DNA from: Octopus sinensis
Taxonomy: Eukaryota
Direction of reading: 5' to 3'
Assembly: GCF_006345805.1 (NCBI RefSeq)
Contig: NC_043002.1
Span: 85,932,001-85,996,000 of the forward strand
Length of the DNA stretch: 64,000 bases
Below are positions 12,302-26,130 of the stretch, in pieces. The position numbers were made by a program, and so were the translations under genes. The notes below the pieces were generated by a model. The model ran no database searches and was not told the DNA's origin. It was given only the letters and a program-made list of their open reading frames with translations. Position 1 is the stretch's first letter, and each line of letters starts with the position of its first letter.

Positions 12302-12539
12302 CAGAGGTTTGGCCAAAAGTCACACGACAGTAAATCAAAATTCCATAAATACTATCTGTAATTCTGTATTGACTTGAATGCAAAAATGTGTTGCTCAAGA
12401 AGGACTTCTGTTTGAACAATTTTCATGATGTTTCATATTTAGATGGTTTTATTAAATTTATTCAATTGTTAAAAATAAATAAATTTGGGAATAAAATGGT
12501 TTTGATTTACTACTGTCTGGTGACTTTTGGCTAAACCTG
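12302..12539. mobile_element. Tc1/mariner-type MITE; a second copy lies at 53263-53511
   Basis: TIRs cagaggtttggccaaaagtcac / gtgacttttggctaaacctg, followed by TA. Confidence 0.75.
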
Positions 12540-12579
12540 TAAGTATGCATGCATGCATGCATGTATGTATGTATGTCTT

Positions 12580-12960
12580 CCTTTGATTCTGACATGCAAT
12601 GTCTGTGCAAGACCCTGCCTCAGTAAAGCTGGACTCGTGAGTCATCTTCGTAGTCATAAAGCAAGACAGATGAGTGATAACCTGGCCACTAGTGGTGGTG
12701 TAACACACCATACTAATCATATCTGTTGGGCATGTGGAAGAGAGTGTAATTTGGCAGGAGGACTTAAACGACATACAAAGGTACATGAAGCCCAGTAACA
12801 ACTACAGCCGGCTATTACCAGTAAAGGTTTTAGTTACCAATTTTGTACAAGACATTGTAGATCTTTAGCTGGGCTAAAAAGTCACATTCGATCACAGCAC
12901 CAGTAACAGTTAAGCTTCGTGCAATGGCCATACTCGATAACGAGGGGGCAGCCATAATGT
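12580..12960 (+). mobile_element. 3' end of an RTE-type LINE with two C2H2-like zinc knuckles
   Basis: CNVCARPCLSKAGLVSHLRSH and CWACGRECNLAGGLKRHTKVH, ending in a microsatellite tail. Confidence 0.65.
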
Positions 12961-12967
12961 ATGTATG

Positions 12968-13007
<40 letters not shown>

Positions 13008-13441
13008 CAGAAAAAAATTTGTATGTATATATATATATATATATACACACATACAGAAAAAATTTCTGACATGATTCTAAAATAAGAATAATGAACATTT
13101 GTCACATTTACATACAAGAAATAACAAATATGAAGATGTTATGGCAAAGTGTTATTTTACTGGTGCATGACTTTTGCATTACTGTATATTCTGTGTAATC
13201 AGTAGAAATGAAAACAAATCTATTTTTTATTCAAAATCCAGAATTCTCCCAAAAGGCTGCACTTAAGAGCATCAGAGGTGTCATGCACATGGCTTCTAGC
13301 CATAGATTTCTTATCTTTTTTTTTTTTTTGTCTTGTGCTATGCTTACCTTATAACCTACTTTGAATTTTAGCAATCTCAAATGTTTATCCTCTACGTTGT
13401 ATATTTCCTGCATCATGTTTAAACCATTTTTTCACTGCCAG

Positions 13442-13623
13442 ACTGGACGGATCATTAACGAGATTTACCCATAAAGACTGGACATGTTCCAATTTGAGAA
13501 AATATGCCAATGCCAACACAGAAAGACAAAATGCAGAAAGATTAGTTGCAGAATCATTGCGGCTGCAAGATGAAGCAGAAGCTCAAACCAAAAAGACACA
13601 GAATGATGTGAATAAAAAATTCG
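13442..13623 (+). CDS. TEKT1: Tektin-1 exon 2
   Basis: ccag|A...G|gtaaac. Encodes LDGSLTRFTHKDWTCSNLRKYANANTERQNAERLVAESLRLQDEAEAQTKKTQNDVNKKF, which matches the TEKT1 motif ERLVAES.RL...DVNKK. Confidence 0.92.
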
Positions 13624-13807
13624 GTAAACACAGATTTGTTTTATATCATTTTCTCTGTTCTGGAATTTGAAAAGTAGGTTTTAGTTTATTATAAATAATT
13701 TAGGATTATAGAATACAGTTAAAGATTTCTTAAATTTCTGAACACTAATATTACTATGTAGTTAAGAAGTTTGTTTTATAACCTATATATTTATGTGTGT
13801 GTGTGTA

Positions 13808-15032
13808 CAGGGGTTGGACAAAATAATGTAAACACCTAGCATCATAGTATCATAATTTTGAAATATCTATAAAAGCATTGATTTATTATTAGTGTTGCTT
13901 AATGTTTTGCTAACAATTGATGTTTCTTTTCAGATATCATCAGAAAAAGGTAATTAAAATTCATTAAAATGACATATCTATCGGACTTTCAAAGAGGTCA
14001 CATTGTTGGTGCTCGTATAACAGGCACTAGCATAATGAAAACAGCTGAAATGGTTGGTGTATCAAGAAGTACTGTCTTGAAAGTAATGACAGCCTTTGAG
14101 AAAGAGGGAAAAACCTCCTCGTTGAAACAAAATTTTGGAAGAAAACCAAAGCTTTCAGATAGTGACCATCGGACTCTTATGCGAATTGTTAGAAAGGATC
14201 ACTAAAGAACAGCTCCCAAAATTACTGCAGAGCATAATGACCACCTCAAGAACCCAGTTTCCATAAAAACTGCTTGCTGGGAGCTGTACAAAGCTAGATT
14301 TCACCAGAGGGCTGCAATCAGAAAACCACTACTTTTGAAAACAAATGTTGCAAAGCATTTAGAGTGGAGTAGAAACCTTCAGAATTGGTCTCTAGAGCAG
14401 TGGGAAAATGTTATTTTACCTTTTTTCCGACCACTGGCTGAGTATGCATGTGGAGACAGCCAAAAGAAGCATTTGACCCAGACTGCCTTCTTCCAATTGT
14501 TAAACATGGAGGAGGCTCTGTGATGACCTGGGGGACTATATCTTGGAAATCTGCCAGCCCAATGGTTTCCCTTCATGGCAGAATTAATAGTCTAGACTAT
14601 TTAGCATTTTATCTAATCAAATTCATTCTATGGTTACAGAAATGTTTCCAGAGGGAAATGCAATCTTTCAGGATGATAATGCACCAATTCACACAGCTAA
14701 AGTTGTTACTGAATGGCACAAGGAACATTCTAGTGACGTTGAACATCTTATCTGGCCACCACAGTCCCTAGATCTCAATATTAATGAGCATTTATGGTGC
14801 ATTTTAGAAAAACAAGTAAGGAGTCAATATCCTCTACAATCATCACTACAAGAACTGGAGACTGTTTTAGCTGAAGAATGGACAAAAATTCCTTTGGAAA
14901 TAATTCAAACTTTGTACAAGTCCATATGTCATAGAATTCAAGTTGTAATTACTGCCAAAGGCAGTCCTACCCCGTATTAAAATAAATTTGTTTGAAATCT
15001 TAAGGTGCTTCCATTATTTTGTCCAGCCCCTG
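13808..15032 (+). mobile_element. Full-length decayed Tc1-family DNA transposon (transposase pseudogene 13969-14980)
   Basis: TA-flanked TIRs caggggttggacaaaataatg / cattattttgtccagcccctg. HTH LSDFQRGHIVG...GRKPKLS, then VKHGGGSVMTWG, FQDDNAPIH and WPPQSLDLNINEHLW, with stops and frameshifts. Confidence 0.95.
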
Positions 15033-16922
15033 TATATATATATATATATATATACATATATACATATACATACAGATATATAGTGGTGGTGTAGCTATGC
15101 AACCACATGGCTTGAGGTTCATTTTGAATGTGCAACACCTTAAGCAAGTATACACGTATATATGTATGTGTGTCTATATATATATATATATCAACCAACC
15201 ATCATTTATGTATATAGGTGCAGGAGTGGCTGTGTGGTAAGAAGCTTGCTTCCCAACCACATGGTTATGGGTTTTGTCCCACTGCATGGCACCTTGGGCA
15301 AGTGTCTTCTACTATAGCCTTGGGCTGACCAAAGCCTTGTGAGTGGATTTGGTAGGCGGAAACTAAAAGTAGCCCACCTATACATATGTGTGTGTGTCTA
15401 TGTTTGTGTGTGTGTTTGTGTGTGTGTGTCTGTGTATTTGTGTGTCTGTATTTGTCCCTCCACCATCTCTTGATGGTCAATGCTGGCGTGTTACATCCCT
15501 GTAAATTAGCAATTCGCAAAAGAGACTAATAGAATAAGTTTACAAAGAATAGGTCCTAGGGTCGATTTGATTGACTAAAGGCAGTGCTCCAGCATGGCTG
15601 CAGTCAAATGACTGAAACAAATAAAAGACTAAAAATATGTACATACATGGAAAACGGACGTTAAACGATGATGATGATGATGATATATATATATACAATA
15701 AACAGACAAAATACATTACAGCATAGTGATGACGATGATGATATATATATCATCATCATTGTTTAACATTCGCTGTCCATGCTGGCATGGGTGATTCTGT
15801 CTATCTATTGTGTGAGTATGTGTGTATGTGTCATCATCATCACCATTATTATTATGGCCAAAATTTGAAATTATTAATATTATTATTTGAAATTATTAAT
15901 ATTATTATTTGAAATTATTAATATTATTATTATTGTTTATTATTATTTTCTCCTAAGGTGAACTAAATCATCATCATCATCATCATCATCATTTAACGTC
16001 TGTTTTTCCATGCTAGCATGGGTTGGACAGCCCTTAGTCAAAACTGTCCAACCCATGCTAGCATGAAAAACAGACGTTAAATGATGATGATGATGATTTA
16101 GTTCACCTTAGGAGAAAGCAAATACTTTTTATTGACTATTCTCATAAAAATAATGAAAGAAAGAAAGAAAATTCAAAAATTATAAAACAACATTGCAGAT
16201 ACCATTTCATATATTGTAAATATTCCAGTACATCGCCAACTCTATCTGGCTTTTTAGATATAATACACTGCCAATAAAAACACACACGTACACACATACA
16301 CACAATTTAGCAACTATACTTACTAGAGTTGCTTTTATTTATGGTTTAATACATTACAGGAATGAGTAGAAGGAAAATTTTAATGTATGAAATGACTGTT
16401 GGAATGTGTCAAAGGTTTATATTTGAAAGTTATTACTTAAAGAAGATTAGAGGAGTCTAATTGTATGTCTATTACATGAAATGTTGCAATAACATATTGG
16501 CAGTGAATAATGATGCTTTATTTATGAGATATAACTAGTTGAGTGTTACTGATAGATTTCCCTGAGATATTAATTGCAAAAATTTGTTGAGATATGATAA
16601 AGAAATGAAAGAGATAGCTTTTAGCTTTCCATGATAATTCATGAGAATCCTGCATACAAATACAATATTGGATGCTATCAAGTGAAACTTTGGAACTCCA
16701 AAATATAATTATGTAAATTTTCAACGTAAATATCACCATAGAACTAATACTACCAGAAATTTGCTATATATCTCACTAAAAGAGGTTGTAAATCTCACTA
16801 CCTGATGGGAGAGATTAATGGAGTAATAAGAAAATAATATCAAAATAGAATTCATGAGAAAGAGTTTGGAAAATATTCTGAATTGAGACAAAAGGTTGTA
16901 CAGTATGACCATGTCAGTCTAA

Positions 16923-17139
16923 CCCTTTCGTTACCGTATTTATTTTGAGATGCTCTGTGTTTCTTTCAATTACTTTAAATATAATAAAGAATTTAGTAAA
17001 ACAACTTAGTTATCATTCAGCTGGTGTTAAGAACATAAATTGTGACTAAGATTTGGGGGAAGATTTTAATTCAAAACTTAAGACAAAACATTTGTACTCA
17101 GAGCCAGACCCGGTTTCAGCCGGGTTGGTAACAAAAGGG
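16923..17139. mobile_element. piggyBac-like MITE
   Basis: ccctttcgttacc...ggtaacaaaaggg, with (T)TAA flanks. Confidence 0.65.
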
Positions 17140-17725
17140 TTAACAAAACTATTACACACCAGTTATGGTGATTTCATATTGTTATTTACATTGTAAATTA
17201 TTAAATGTCCTGGATATGACTTTAAATGGCATCTGGTAGTGGGGCCCTGGTTCAGGAGTACAAACTGTTTTGAAAAATGTGGAACCACTTCTTAGCCACT
17301 ATTGTAGTAATTCCTTCAGCATCTCTGTTATGGGTTAATTAGCATGTTAGGGCTTGCCTACCTATGCATGTGAAAACTGGATCCAGTGAGCTCTATGGTA
17401 GAAACTTTCATGGTTCAACAGAGGGGAAGGCAGCAGCAGCAGCAATGCATTGCGAATTGCAGATTGCAAGATATGGCAAGTAAGACATGATGGTCATCCA
17501 CTGCATCCATCTCTATCCTCAGTTATCTTGACCTGGTCTTACCACAGGATTCGAGATGGTTACAGATGAGAGAGTGAAGTTTATGGTATACCACTCTTCT
17601 TCACTTCAAACAAAGTCACTGCACAAGTCCTTAAGTCCTTAAGGAAGACTAAAAGTTCCGTATCACTCTGATGGATGAACATGAAATTATTAAAAAAGTA
17701 TTCTTACATCATTTGTAACAGAATG

Positions 17726-18119
17726 GGATCTTTTCCGTTTGAACGGCAGTTTTTTCTAGTGGTGTCATATGAAATTGTCACCCATAATTATGACCCTAGA
17801 ATCGATCTATTGCATTTCAATCTCTTTTAAGGTTAGGGTTAGGGGTGGGGGAAGGGTATCTTTTTTTTCTTCACAAATGTAAATAAACCCAATCTGTTTC
17901 TTAAACGAGGGACATATTCATACGGCACAGAATGTTTTTTACCTCAATAGATGTCACTGATTGGTTGAAATTGCAGAAATTGAAGAAAAAAAACACAACA
18001 AATATCTTACAAACCATAGAAAGATGTTTTATAAACACATTCTACCAGTATACGAAGTTTAAAATTTTTTAGTTACCTAGAAATTATGTTAAAAACTGCT
18101 GTTCAAACCGAAAAGATCC
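17726..18119. mobile_element. GG-terminal MITE with 8-bp TSD (Merlin-like)
   Basis: TIRs ggatcttttccgtttgaacggcag / ctgctgttcaaaccgaaaagatcc, with near-TSD acagaatg/tcagaatg. Confidence 0.75.
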
Positions 18120-18478
18120 TCAGAATGAAGTAAAATGCTGCAGAGTATCACTGCAAAAATATTTCATACCATACAGCATGAGAAGTCATAAAGACGCAGT
18201 CAATAATATCTTGGCGTCTTAAACTGAACTACATGAGCTCCTCTACAGCTCTTCTTTGGCAGCAGAGCAAGCAACCTCCATGTAATTTTGCAGATGTATG
18301 GTGTTGATAATGAATTGTGTTCTTATCTGATAATGGAATATAATTAACCATTTGTAAAAACAAAATATTTTAAAACTTGTAAATTTTATGGTTGATAGAA
18401 TTTTCAGGAAATTACGGTTCAATTCATAATTATTCTTGTGATTATCAACATTATCATTTCTCTTAAACCATTATCTAG

Positions 18479-18644
18479 ACCAACGTCTTGATGATTTAAA
18501 ATTCTGGAAGTCTGAGATAGATAAGAAATTGGATGACATCACTGAAGAAATAGACTGCCTTGAGACCTTTAAGCGTAGACTGCAGGCAGCACTTGAAGAC
18601 TGTTATAACCCACTGAACATTGCTAAACAATGTTTGCTTTTCAG
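18479..18644 (+). CDS. TEKT1: Tektin-1 exon 3
   Basis: ctag|AC...AG|gtaata. Encodes DQRLDDLKFWKSEIDKKLDDITEEIDCLETFKRRLQAALEDCYNPLNIAKQCLLFR. Confidence 0.93.
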
Positions 18645-19320
18645 GTAATAAATTCTTGTAATTTTTATCATCATGCAGTTTGTCATTTTTACCATTTTAC
18701 ATTACATATTTTCCCCTCGATTTATAAAGTTATTACTATAAGAATGGATATGCTTATGAAGAACCTAGTATAATTAGTCTGCAAAAAGATTTTCAGAGAA
18801 TGATCAAAGAAAAGTATTTAAATTAGATATCTTCACCATTATTTTTCTCAAATCACTGAAATAGATAGAGATTTATCACATTTTATTTATAAATGAACTT
18901 GATATTACAAGTGTCTACAATTCTAATCAGTGTTTGGTTTATGTTATTTCAACCACAGTAACTTATATTTACATTATCCTTACAATGATAAATTCTATTA
19001 TTGCAAATCTGCCAACATATTTTCTTCATCATACTACATCAAATTTTATTGCAAAAGAAGTTAGTTTTAGTTCAAAATAGCTTGAACATTGTTGAATTTC
19101 TTAGTGTTGTGTTGTATATCTAGTGTAGAATTTATATTGTTAATCTACATAACATAGGCACAGGAGTGGCTGTGTAGTAAGTAGTTTGCTTACGAACTAC
19201 ATGGTTCCAGGTTCAGTCCCACTGCATGGCACCTTGGGCAAGTGTCTTCTACTATAGCCTCAGGCCGACCAAAGCCTTGAGAGTGGATTTGGTAGACGGA
19301 AACTGAAAGAAGCCCATTGT

Positions 19321-19433
<113 letters not shown>

Positions 19434-19814
19434 GTGTGTGTGTGTGTTTCTGTGTCTGTGTTTGTCCTCCCAACATCGCTTGACAACCGATGCTGGTGTG
19501 TATACGTCCCCGTAACAAAGAATAAGTCCTAGGGTTGATTTGCTCAACTAAAGGCGGTGCTCCAGCATGGCCACAGTCACATGGCTGACACAAGTAAAAG
19601 AATAAAGAGTATAACTTTTGCCTGTTGGTTGCATAAGCAACCAATTATGAATGAATTTTGAATGTAGATGAGTTCAGTTCTATCTTTTATCACTTAATCT
19701 TTCTTTTTTCTGTTACTTGTTTCAGCCAGTGCAAGTGTCTTCTACTATAGCCTTGGGCCAACCAAAGCCCTGTGAGTGGATTTGGTAGATGGAAACTGAA
19801 AGAAGCCCATCACA

Positions 19815-19857
<43 letters not shown>

Positions 19858-20790
19858 TTATATGTTTGTGTGTCTTTGTCCCCTTGACATCGCTTGACAA
19901 CTGATACTGGTGTGTTTACATCCCTGTAACTTAGCAGTTTGGCAAAAGAGACCGATAGAATAAGTACTAGGCTTCCAAAAAATAAGTCCTGGGGGTCGAT
20001 TTGCTTGACTAAAGGCGGTGCTCCAGCATGGCCGCAGTCAAATGACTGAAACAAGTAAAAGAGTAAAGAGTGGCTCCAGAGAATTGCAGTGAAACTGTGT
20101 CAATTACCAGGTCACACCTCATAATATATATTTAAACTTGAAGTGATTTTAACAGCTGTGTCTATTATTAAATGACCCTTCCTCAATGTAGCTGCTTCAG
20201 TTTGAACACCCGGTCTCAGAAGTCCTAGATACACCACCTGAAATAAAGTTGAAATAAAGGCAAAATAGTCACGGCTGGAATACTTTGATTACCAGTCTGT
20301 TTGCTCAAAACTCACCTGGTACTAAACAACAACAAAGACATCAGTAACAAGAATAATGATGATGACAATGCAACGTTTGATAGGAAGTTCTTGACAGTGA
20401 TGTTCTCAATATCTGTAAATAAAGACAATGTAGCAAGCTGGCAGAATTGTTACCACGCTGGACAAAATATTTAATGGTATTTCATCTGTCTTTACATCCT
20501 GAGTTCAAATACTGCTGGGGGTGACTATGCCTTTCATCCTTTCAGGATCAACAAAACAAGTACCAGTTGAACACTGGGGTCAATGTAATCAACTAGGCCC
20601 CTCCCCCTAACTTGCTGGTCTTGTGCCAGAATTTGAAACCAATGTCTATAAAAAAAGAAACCAAACTTTCTTGAACTGAATTTATAATAGGAAACTTAAA
20701 AATGAATTTAGCATTGATGAATTAGACAGACGTAACTTTTTAGCATTCAAATTACTCAGTCAAATGTAATGCTTATTTAGTCACAGTTTT

Positions 20791-21325
20791 AATAATAATA
20801 ATAATGAAATTATTGTATACAGTGCTCAGGTGCACCACAACTTGTCAGAAAGTGCATATAGAGTATATGCAGTAATGTACAAATGTCTGGAAAGCGAACA
20901 ATGTATGAGTCAGATACATGCTTGTGTGTGTATGGAGGGGAGAAAATCAGGTGTAGTGTTGGCGAATCTCAGAAAGCATGGAAGTTTTGAAGGATGCAGT
21001 GCTCCAACAACTAACAACTGATGCTGGCAGTTTGTTCCATGCTTCAGCAACTCTCAGCGTGAAAAAATGTTTCCTAAAGTCATGGGAGCTGTGCTGTTTT
21101 CTGACTTTGTAAATATGTCCACGGGTGTTAGACGGGTGGAGTTTGAAAAGGTGCTCAGAGTTATTGTTTGTAAGATGGTTGATAATTTTATGGGTGTCTG
21201 CCAAGTCAGCTGCCAGTCGTCGCAGTTTCAATGTGTCCATGCCCAGGGAAGTAAGGCATTCAGAATATGGCAAATGCCTGATGGAGGGTATTCTTTTGGT
21301 TCCACGTCGCTGAACGGCTTCCAAC
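20791..21325 (-). mobile_element. CR1/L2-group LINE 3' fragment with (ATT)n tail, inserted in a TTAA-MITE
   Basis: EAVQRRGTKRIP...TRGHIYK...RKHFFTLRVAEAWNKLP is a typical CR1 ORF2 C-terminus. Confidence 0.88.
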
Positions 21326-23828
21326 TTTTGAGTTGAGCCTTCAAAATTTTGATCATGTGATTGTTTATTTTTAGAAGCAAATTGCAGGGTAGGTGTGAGA
21401 AGCTGACTCCAGCCAGTTTAAAACCAGTTGAATACTTGGGCCAGGTGTAGCCAGTTTAACCCTTTAGTGTTCAGATTACTCTGTTAAATGTAATACATTT
21501 TTACTTAAATTGTTTTGAATTAACCATGCATTACCTTATAGCTTTGAGCTTTCAATGATGTGATTGTTTATTTTTAGAATGTCAATGTAGGTTAGGTGTG
21601 AGAGGCTAAATATCGCCAGTTTGAATATAAAACATAGAATATCTGGGCCAGATATGGCCAGTTTAAACACTAAAGGGTTAAAATGCTATTGAGTTAGTGA
21701 CTGGTGAGTTAGAAAGACACAGTAACTTGAGTAGATAAATTAAGTACTTCAGCACTAGTAAGCTTAAACAAAATTCTATCATCATAAATATTGACCAAGG
21801 TCGTAACATTGTTTACGACATTCTTCCTCTTTCTCAATAGCTTTCGTTATTTCAGTCATACTTCTATGCTAATTATACCACTTGCCATCCTCTCCCTCCT
21901 CCTCCACTTCCAAATGAAAATATGATCACCAAATTGATTTAACAACTCCTATCAACTCTACACATCCACCATCATCACCACTACCACAACCATGGCTGCT
22001 GCTGCCATTGCCACCAGTAGTGATACAACAGCAACAACAAAAGAGCCTCTATGCAGTCAGTCAGTTTGCTAGACAGAGTAACCAATTTAACCTACATTGC
22101 ACCCTAAAAACACAGGAGATATACAAAAGACTGGATGGTAACAGCTGGAATATCTTTGATCATAGGTCTGCTCAGTTAAGGCTGACCTTGCACTAAATAA
22201 CAGCAGCAGCAAGCCAATGAGAAAGTCTCTACAAGGTTGCTTGACCTGCTAGAAATAGAATCTAAATTCCCTCATACTGCATACCATCATTTAAAATGGA
22301 AGGGATATGTAAAGCAATGCATTCTTTCCATATACAAAAAATGAGATGGTCATGGATGGAATGCTTTTGATCTTAGGTTTGCTCAATCAGTGATGGCTCA
22401 GAGTCAAAACAACAACAACTGACAACTTTAAAAACATGAGCCAACAAGAATCCCTGCCATGGTTGTTGAACATGCTAAAAATAACTACCTAATTTCCCTC
22501 AAATCCTACACTACTGTCATAAGAAAAAGAGGAAAGGCACATTGGATAATGAAGTCCTGTGACTCACCATCATCATCATCATAATTATCATTATCATTTA
22601 ATTTCATGCCTTCCATCCTAGCATGAGTTGGATGGTTGACAGGATCCAATACTTCTCCATTTTAACCTGGAGTAGTAGCACTTGTTAGGGTCCCAGCTAT
22701 GAGTTAACTAATATGAGTATCTGTTTTGGTAAGGTTTCTATGGCTGGATACCTTCCCCAATGCCAACTATTTTACAGAGTATTGATTGCTTTTATTATGC
22801 AACAAGCACTTGTGAGGTCACCAAATAATTCAGAAAACAAAGAAAAAAACATACTTGACTGGGTGGGGTTGTAGTAGAGAGGGAAGTATAATTATACCAG
22901 GTGTTGAGAGGGATCAGCACAAAAGTCTTCCTATAGAAAGATACAAGACTTATTTCAAACCCTCCAGAAAATGAACAAAATTCTATGTCCAGATTATGGA
23001 TTACAATACAAAAACATCCTTCATTACCAACCACATGGTTCTGGGTTCAGTTCCACTGCGTGGCATCTTGGGCAAGTGCCTTTTACTATAGCCTTGGGCC
23101 GATCAACATAAAAAAAAATTAAGGCTTTTGTCTATGTTAGGAATCAATATTTCACAATACCAAAACATCAGTAATGCATGTGATTTATCAATATCATCAT
23201 CACCACTACCACCACCACCATCATTGTTGTCATCGTTATCATCATCATCATCTACATCTGTTTTCCATGCTTGAATGGGTTGGATGAATCGTCACAGTCC
23301 AAATCAGTTCCTATTGGCAGTTACTGCCCTGTAGAAGTGCAACTGTGTCTCACTTTATGTTTTTTACAGGATGGTTGGATGGGGTGGCTGAATACCCTTC
23401 CTAAGCCCTCTCTAACTCCAACCATTTTACAGCAAATACTGAGTGAATTTTATCAAAGCGCCAGCACTAGTGAGGTTGTCATGTCCTTGGTATGACTCTT
23501 CTCAACAATACATGTCAACAAATTGTTTGTAGCCACTTTACAGATGTTTTGGGCACATTCTATCATGGCATCAGTACCAGAAAGGTTGCCTTGTCTTCCA
23601 TAGTTGCTTGACCTGCTCCAACATAGTAGCCAAATTTCATTAAATCACACCCAACTGTTTTAAAATAATGGACACATTGACATTGGATAATGCATTCATG
23701 AACTAAACTGTCAAACCTACATTCTCTGCATTATATATATATATAAAAAAAGACCATGTTAAAATCTAAGAAGCCAACAATGTTCTTTTCCTTACAGTAA
23801 TAAATATCTTAATTATTTAATTTTTTAA

Positions 23829-23999
<171 letters not shown>

Positions 24000-24184
24000 T
24001 AAGATACTTTTATAATCACCTTCTCTTCACTTTTTAATATTTCATTGTATTTTTATTTCATGTTATTGTTGTACTTTATAACTGACAACAAGTTATTGAA
24101 AATGGTCTTTATCTGTTGTTATTAGCTTTAAAAGATTTAAAACAAAATTGAAAATGAACCACAAACTAAACTCATATATATATA

Positions 24185-24240
<56 letters not shown>

Positions 24241-24242
<2 letters not shown>

Positions 24243-25438
24243 ATAAAATATTATGGAATAAATCCAAACTTACAGGGAAAAATCAGATTTAGGATTGAAT
24301 CCAATTTATAGTATAATATTATATTATATTAAATTAGAGATAAAACCACTATTAGGCAAATCATACAATGAAAAACTTAAGCCAATACATAAGATTAACT
24401 AATTTATATTATTTTAAATATATATCAAAATTATTAAAAAAAGATAATGAGTATAACACTACGATCGTTTCATGGCTGTCCAATTCGTAAAAATTCAAGT
24501 TACAGTCAATCTTCAGGTGATTGAAATATCTAAAATATAATCAGAAATATTTAAACAATATTTTTAAGATATAAATAATATATATAATATAATAATTTTA
24601 CTTATAAAAACTCTATTATCAAACTAGAGACAAGAACTTAACAATTATGATTATATCCAAATCGACTATAATGTTAAATATTAATTTTAATTTATAAGGT
24701 AGGAAATCCACCCATAATCTAATATCAATATTAGTCTATATCTAATTACATAATATTTAAAATGACTAATATATATAAATTATCAATGAAAATATATAAA
24801 TGTATATAAATATTATAATTAAGATCTAAAATAATCTCTATAAATAATTGTATATGCACATATAATAAAAACCTAATAAATTTAATTTTTCATATTTAAA
24901 GATGAAATAGCTAATTTCAAAATACAAATAAACTAACTTAAACAAACTTTTGGAAATCTTATGTAAAATAATTTTAGAAATAATTAATTCGTAGTAATAT
25001 AGTATCGAATAAATACTATAAATACTATAATCATCGAATATAAATTTAAAGAAATAACTAAGTTATGCTATTAAATTAGACATGGCCTGGACCAATCTTT
25101 AGTCGAAACATATCTAAGTTTATCAAAGTTTATCTAATTTAATTATAAATTTAAAACTACAATTAATACTATTAAAACATGTATATACAAAGTCTAACTT
25201 AATACACCTTATATGCTTGCTATCAAATAACAAATCTATCGCTAAGAAGTATCTTACGAATAAACTTAAATTTAATATCTAATAATATAGAAAATTACGA
25301 TAATTAGATCATTACATAAACAACGATATTTACATAAGGAGAATATTATTACTCCAAAGGCTTATACAATATTAAAATTTACAATTTGAAGATCTTAAAT
25401 AAATACATACTTATCTTAGCGAGGTTTAACAATGAACT

Positions 25439-25445
<7 letters not shown>
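24241..25445 (-). mobile_element. Very AT-rich insert bounded by (TA)n on both sides; probable Penelope-like non-coding remnant
   Basis: (TA)n arrays at 24174-24240 and 25444-25475. Contains a minimal hammerhead core and has no ORF. Confidence 0.5.
24457..24519 (-). ncRNA. Minimal type I hammerhead ribozyme
   Basis: CAC CUGAAGA U-UGACUGU...ACAGCCA-U GAAA C-GAUC-G UA GUG. All conserved core nucleotides are present, and stem III is short with a palindromic GAUC loop. Confidence 0.65.
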
Positions 25446-25476
<31 letters not shown>

Positions 25477-26099
25477 CCATCTAAGAATCCATAAATTAGA
25501 AAAATATGTACCCATATAATTGTCAGTAGAATGGGTATATTAATCGAAGTGTATAGTATTATATATTCATTACGGCCAATCTTTGCATAACTTCCATTAT
25601 TGTCATCTCTGAAGAGCACAGGGTTACATAAATGGGCTGTTATCTAACAATCTGTTGAATCCCTAGTGTGGAACCAATTGTTAAGATCAGCTGTAATGGA
25701 TATATAATACTGTACATTTCAGTTTACACATGCACACATGTGCGTGTGTATATATATATATATATTATATATATATAATTATATATATCGATATATATAT
25801 ATATATATCATCATCATCGTTTAACGTCCGCTAGGATGGAAAGCAGACGTTAAATGATGATGATATATATATATATATATATAAATATAGGCACAAGTGT
25901 AGCTGTGTGGTAAGAAGCTTGCTTCCCAACAACATGGTTCTAGGTTTAGTCCCACTGCATAGCACCTTGGGCAAGTGTTTTCTACTTTAGGCTTGGGCCA
26001 AGCAAAGCCTTGTGAGTGGATTTGGTAGATGGAAACTGAAAGACGCTTGTCATACATATATATATATATATATAAGAGAACAAAGTGTATGTACGCCGC

Positions 26100-26124
<25 letters not shown>

Positions 26125-26130
<6 letters not shown>

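Noticed and set aside
12553-12798. Possible host C2H2 zinc-finger gene
   Set aside because: It starts in a microsatellite, lacks TGEKP linkers and splice context, and fits the C-terminal knuckles of an RTE-type LINE.
24241-25445. NUMT or mitochondrial control-region insertion (extreme AT content)
   Set aside because: No recognisable mitochondrial gene, tRNA or rRNA motif. The (TA)n boundaries and hammerhead core favour a retroelement remnant, but a BLAST against the mitogenome would settle it.
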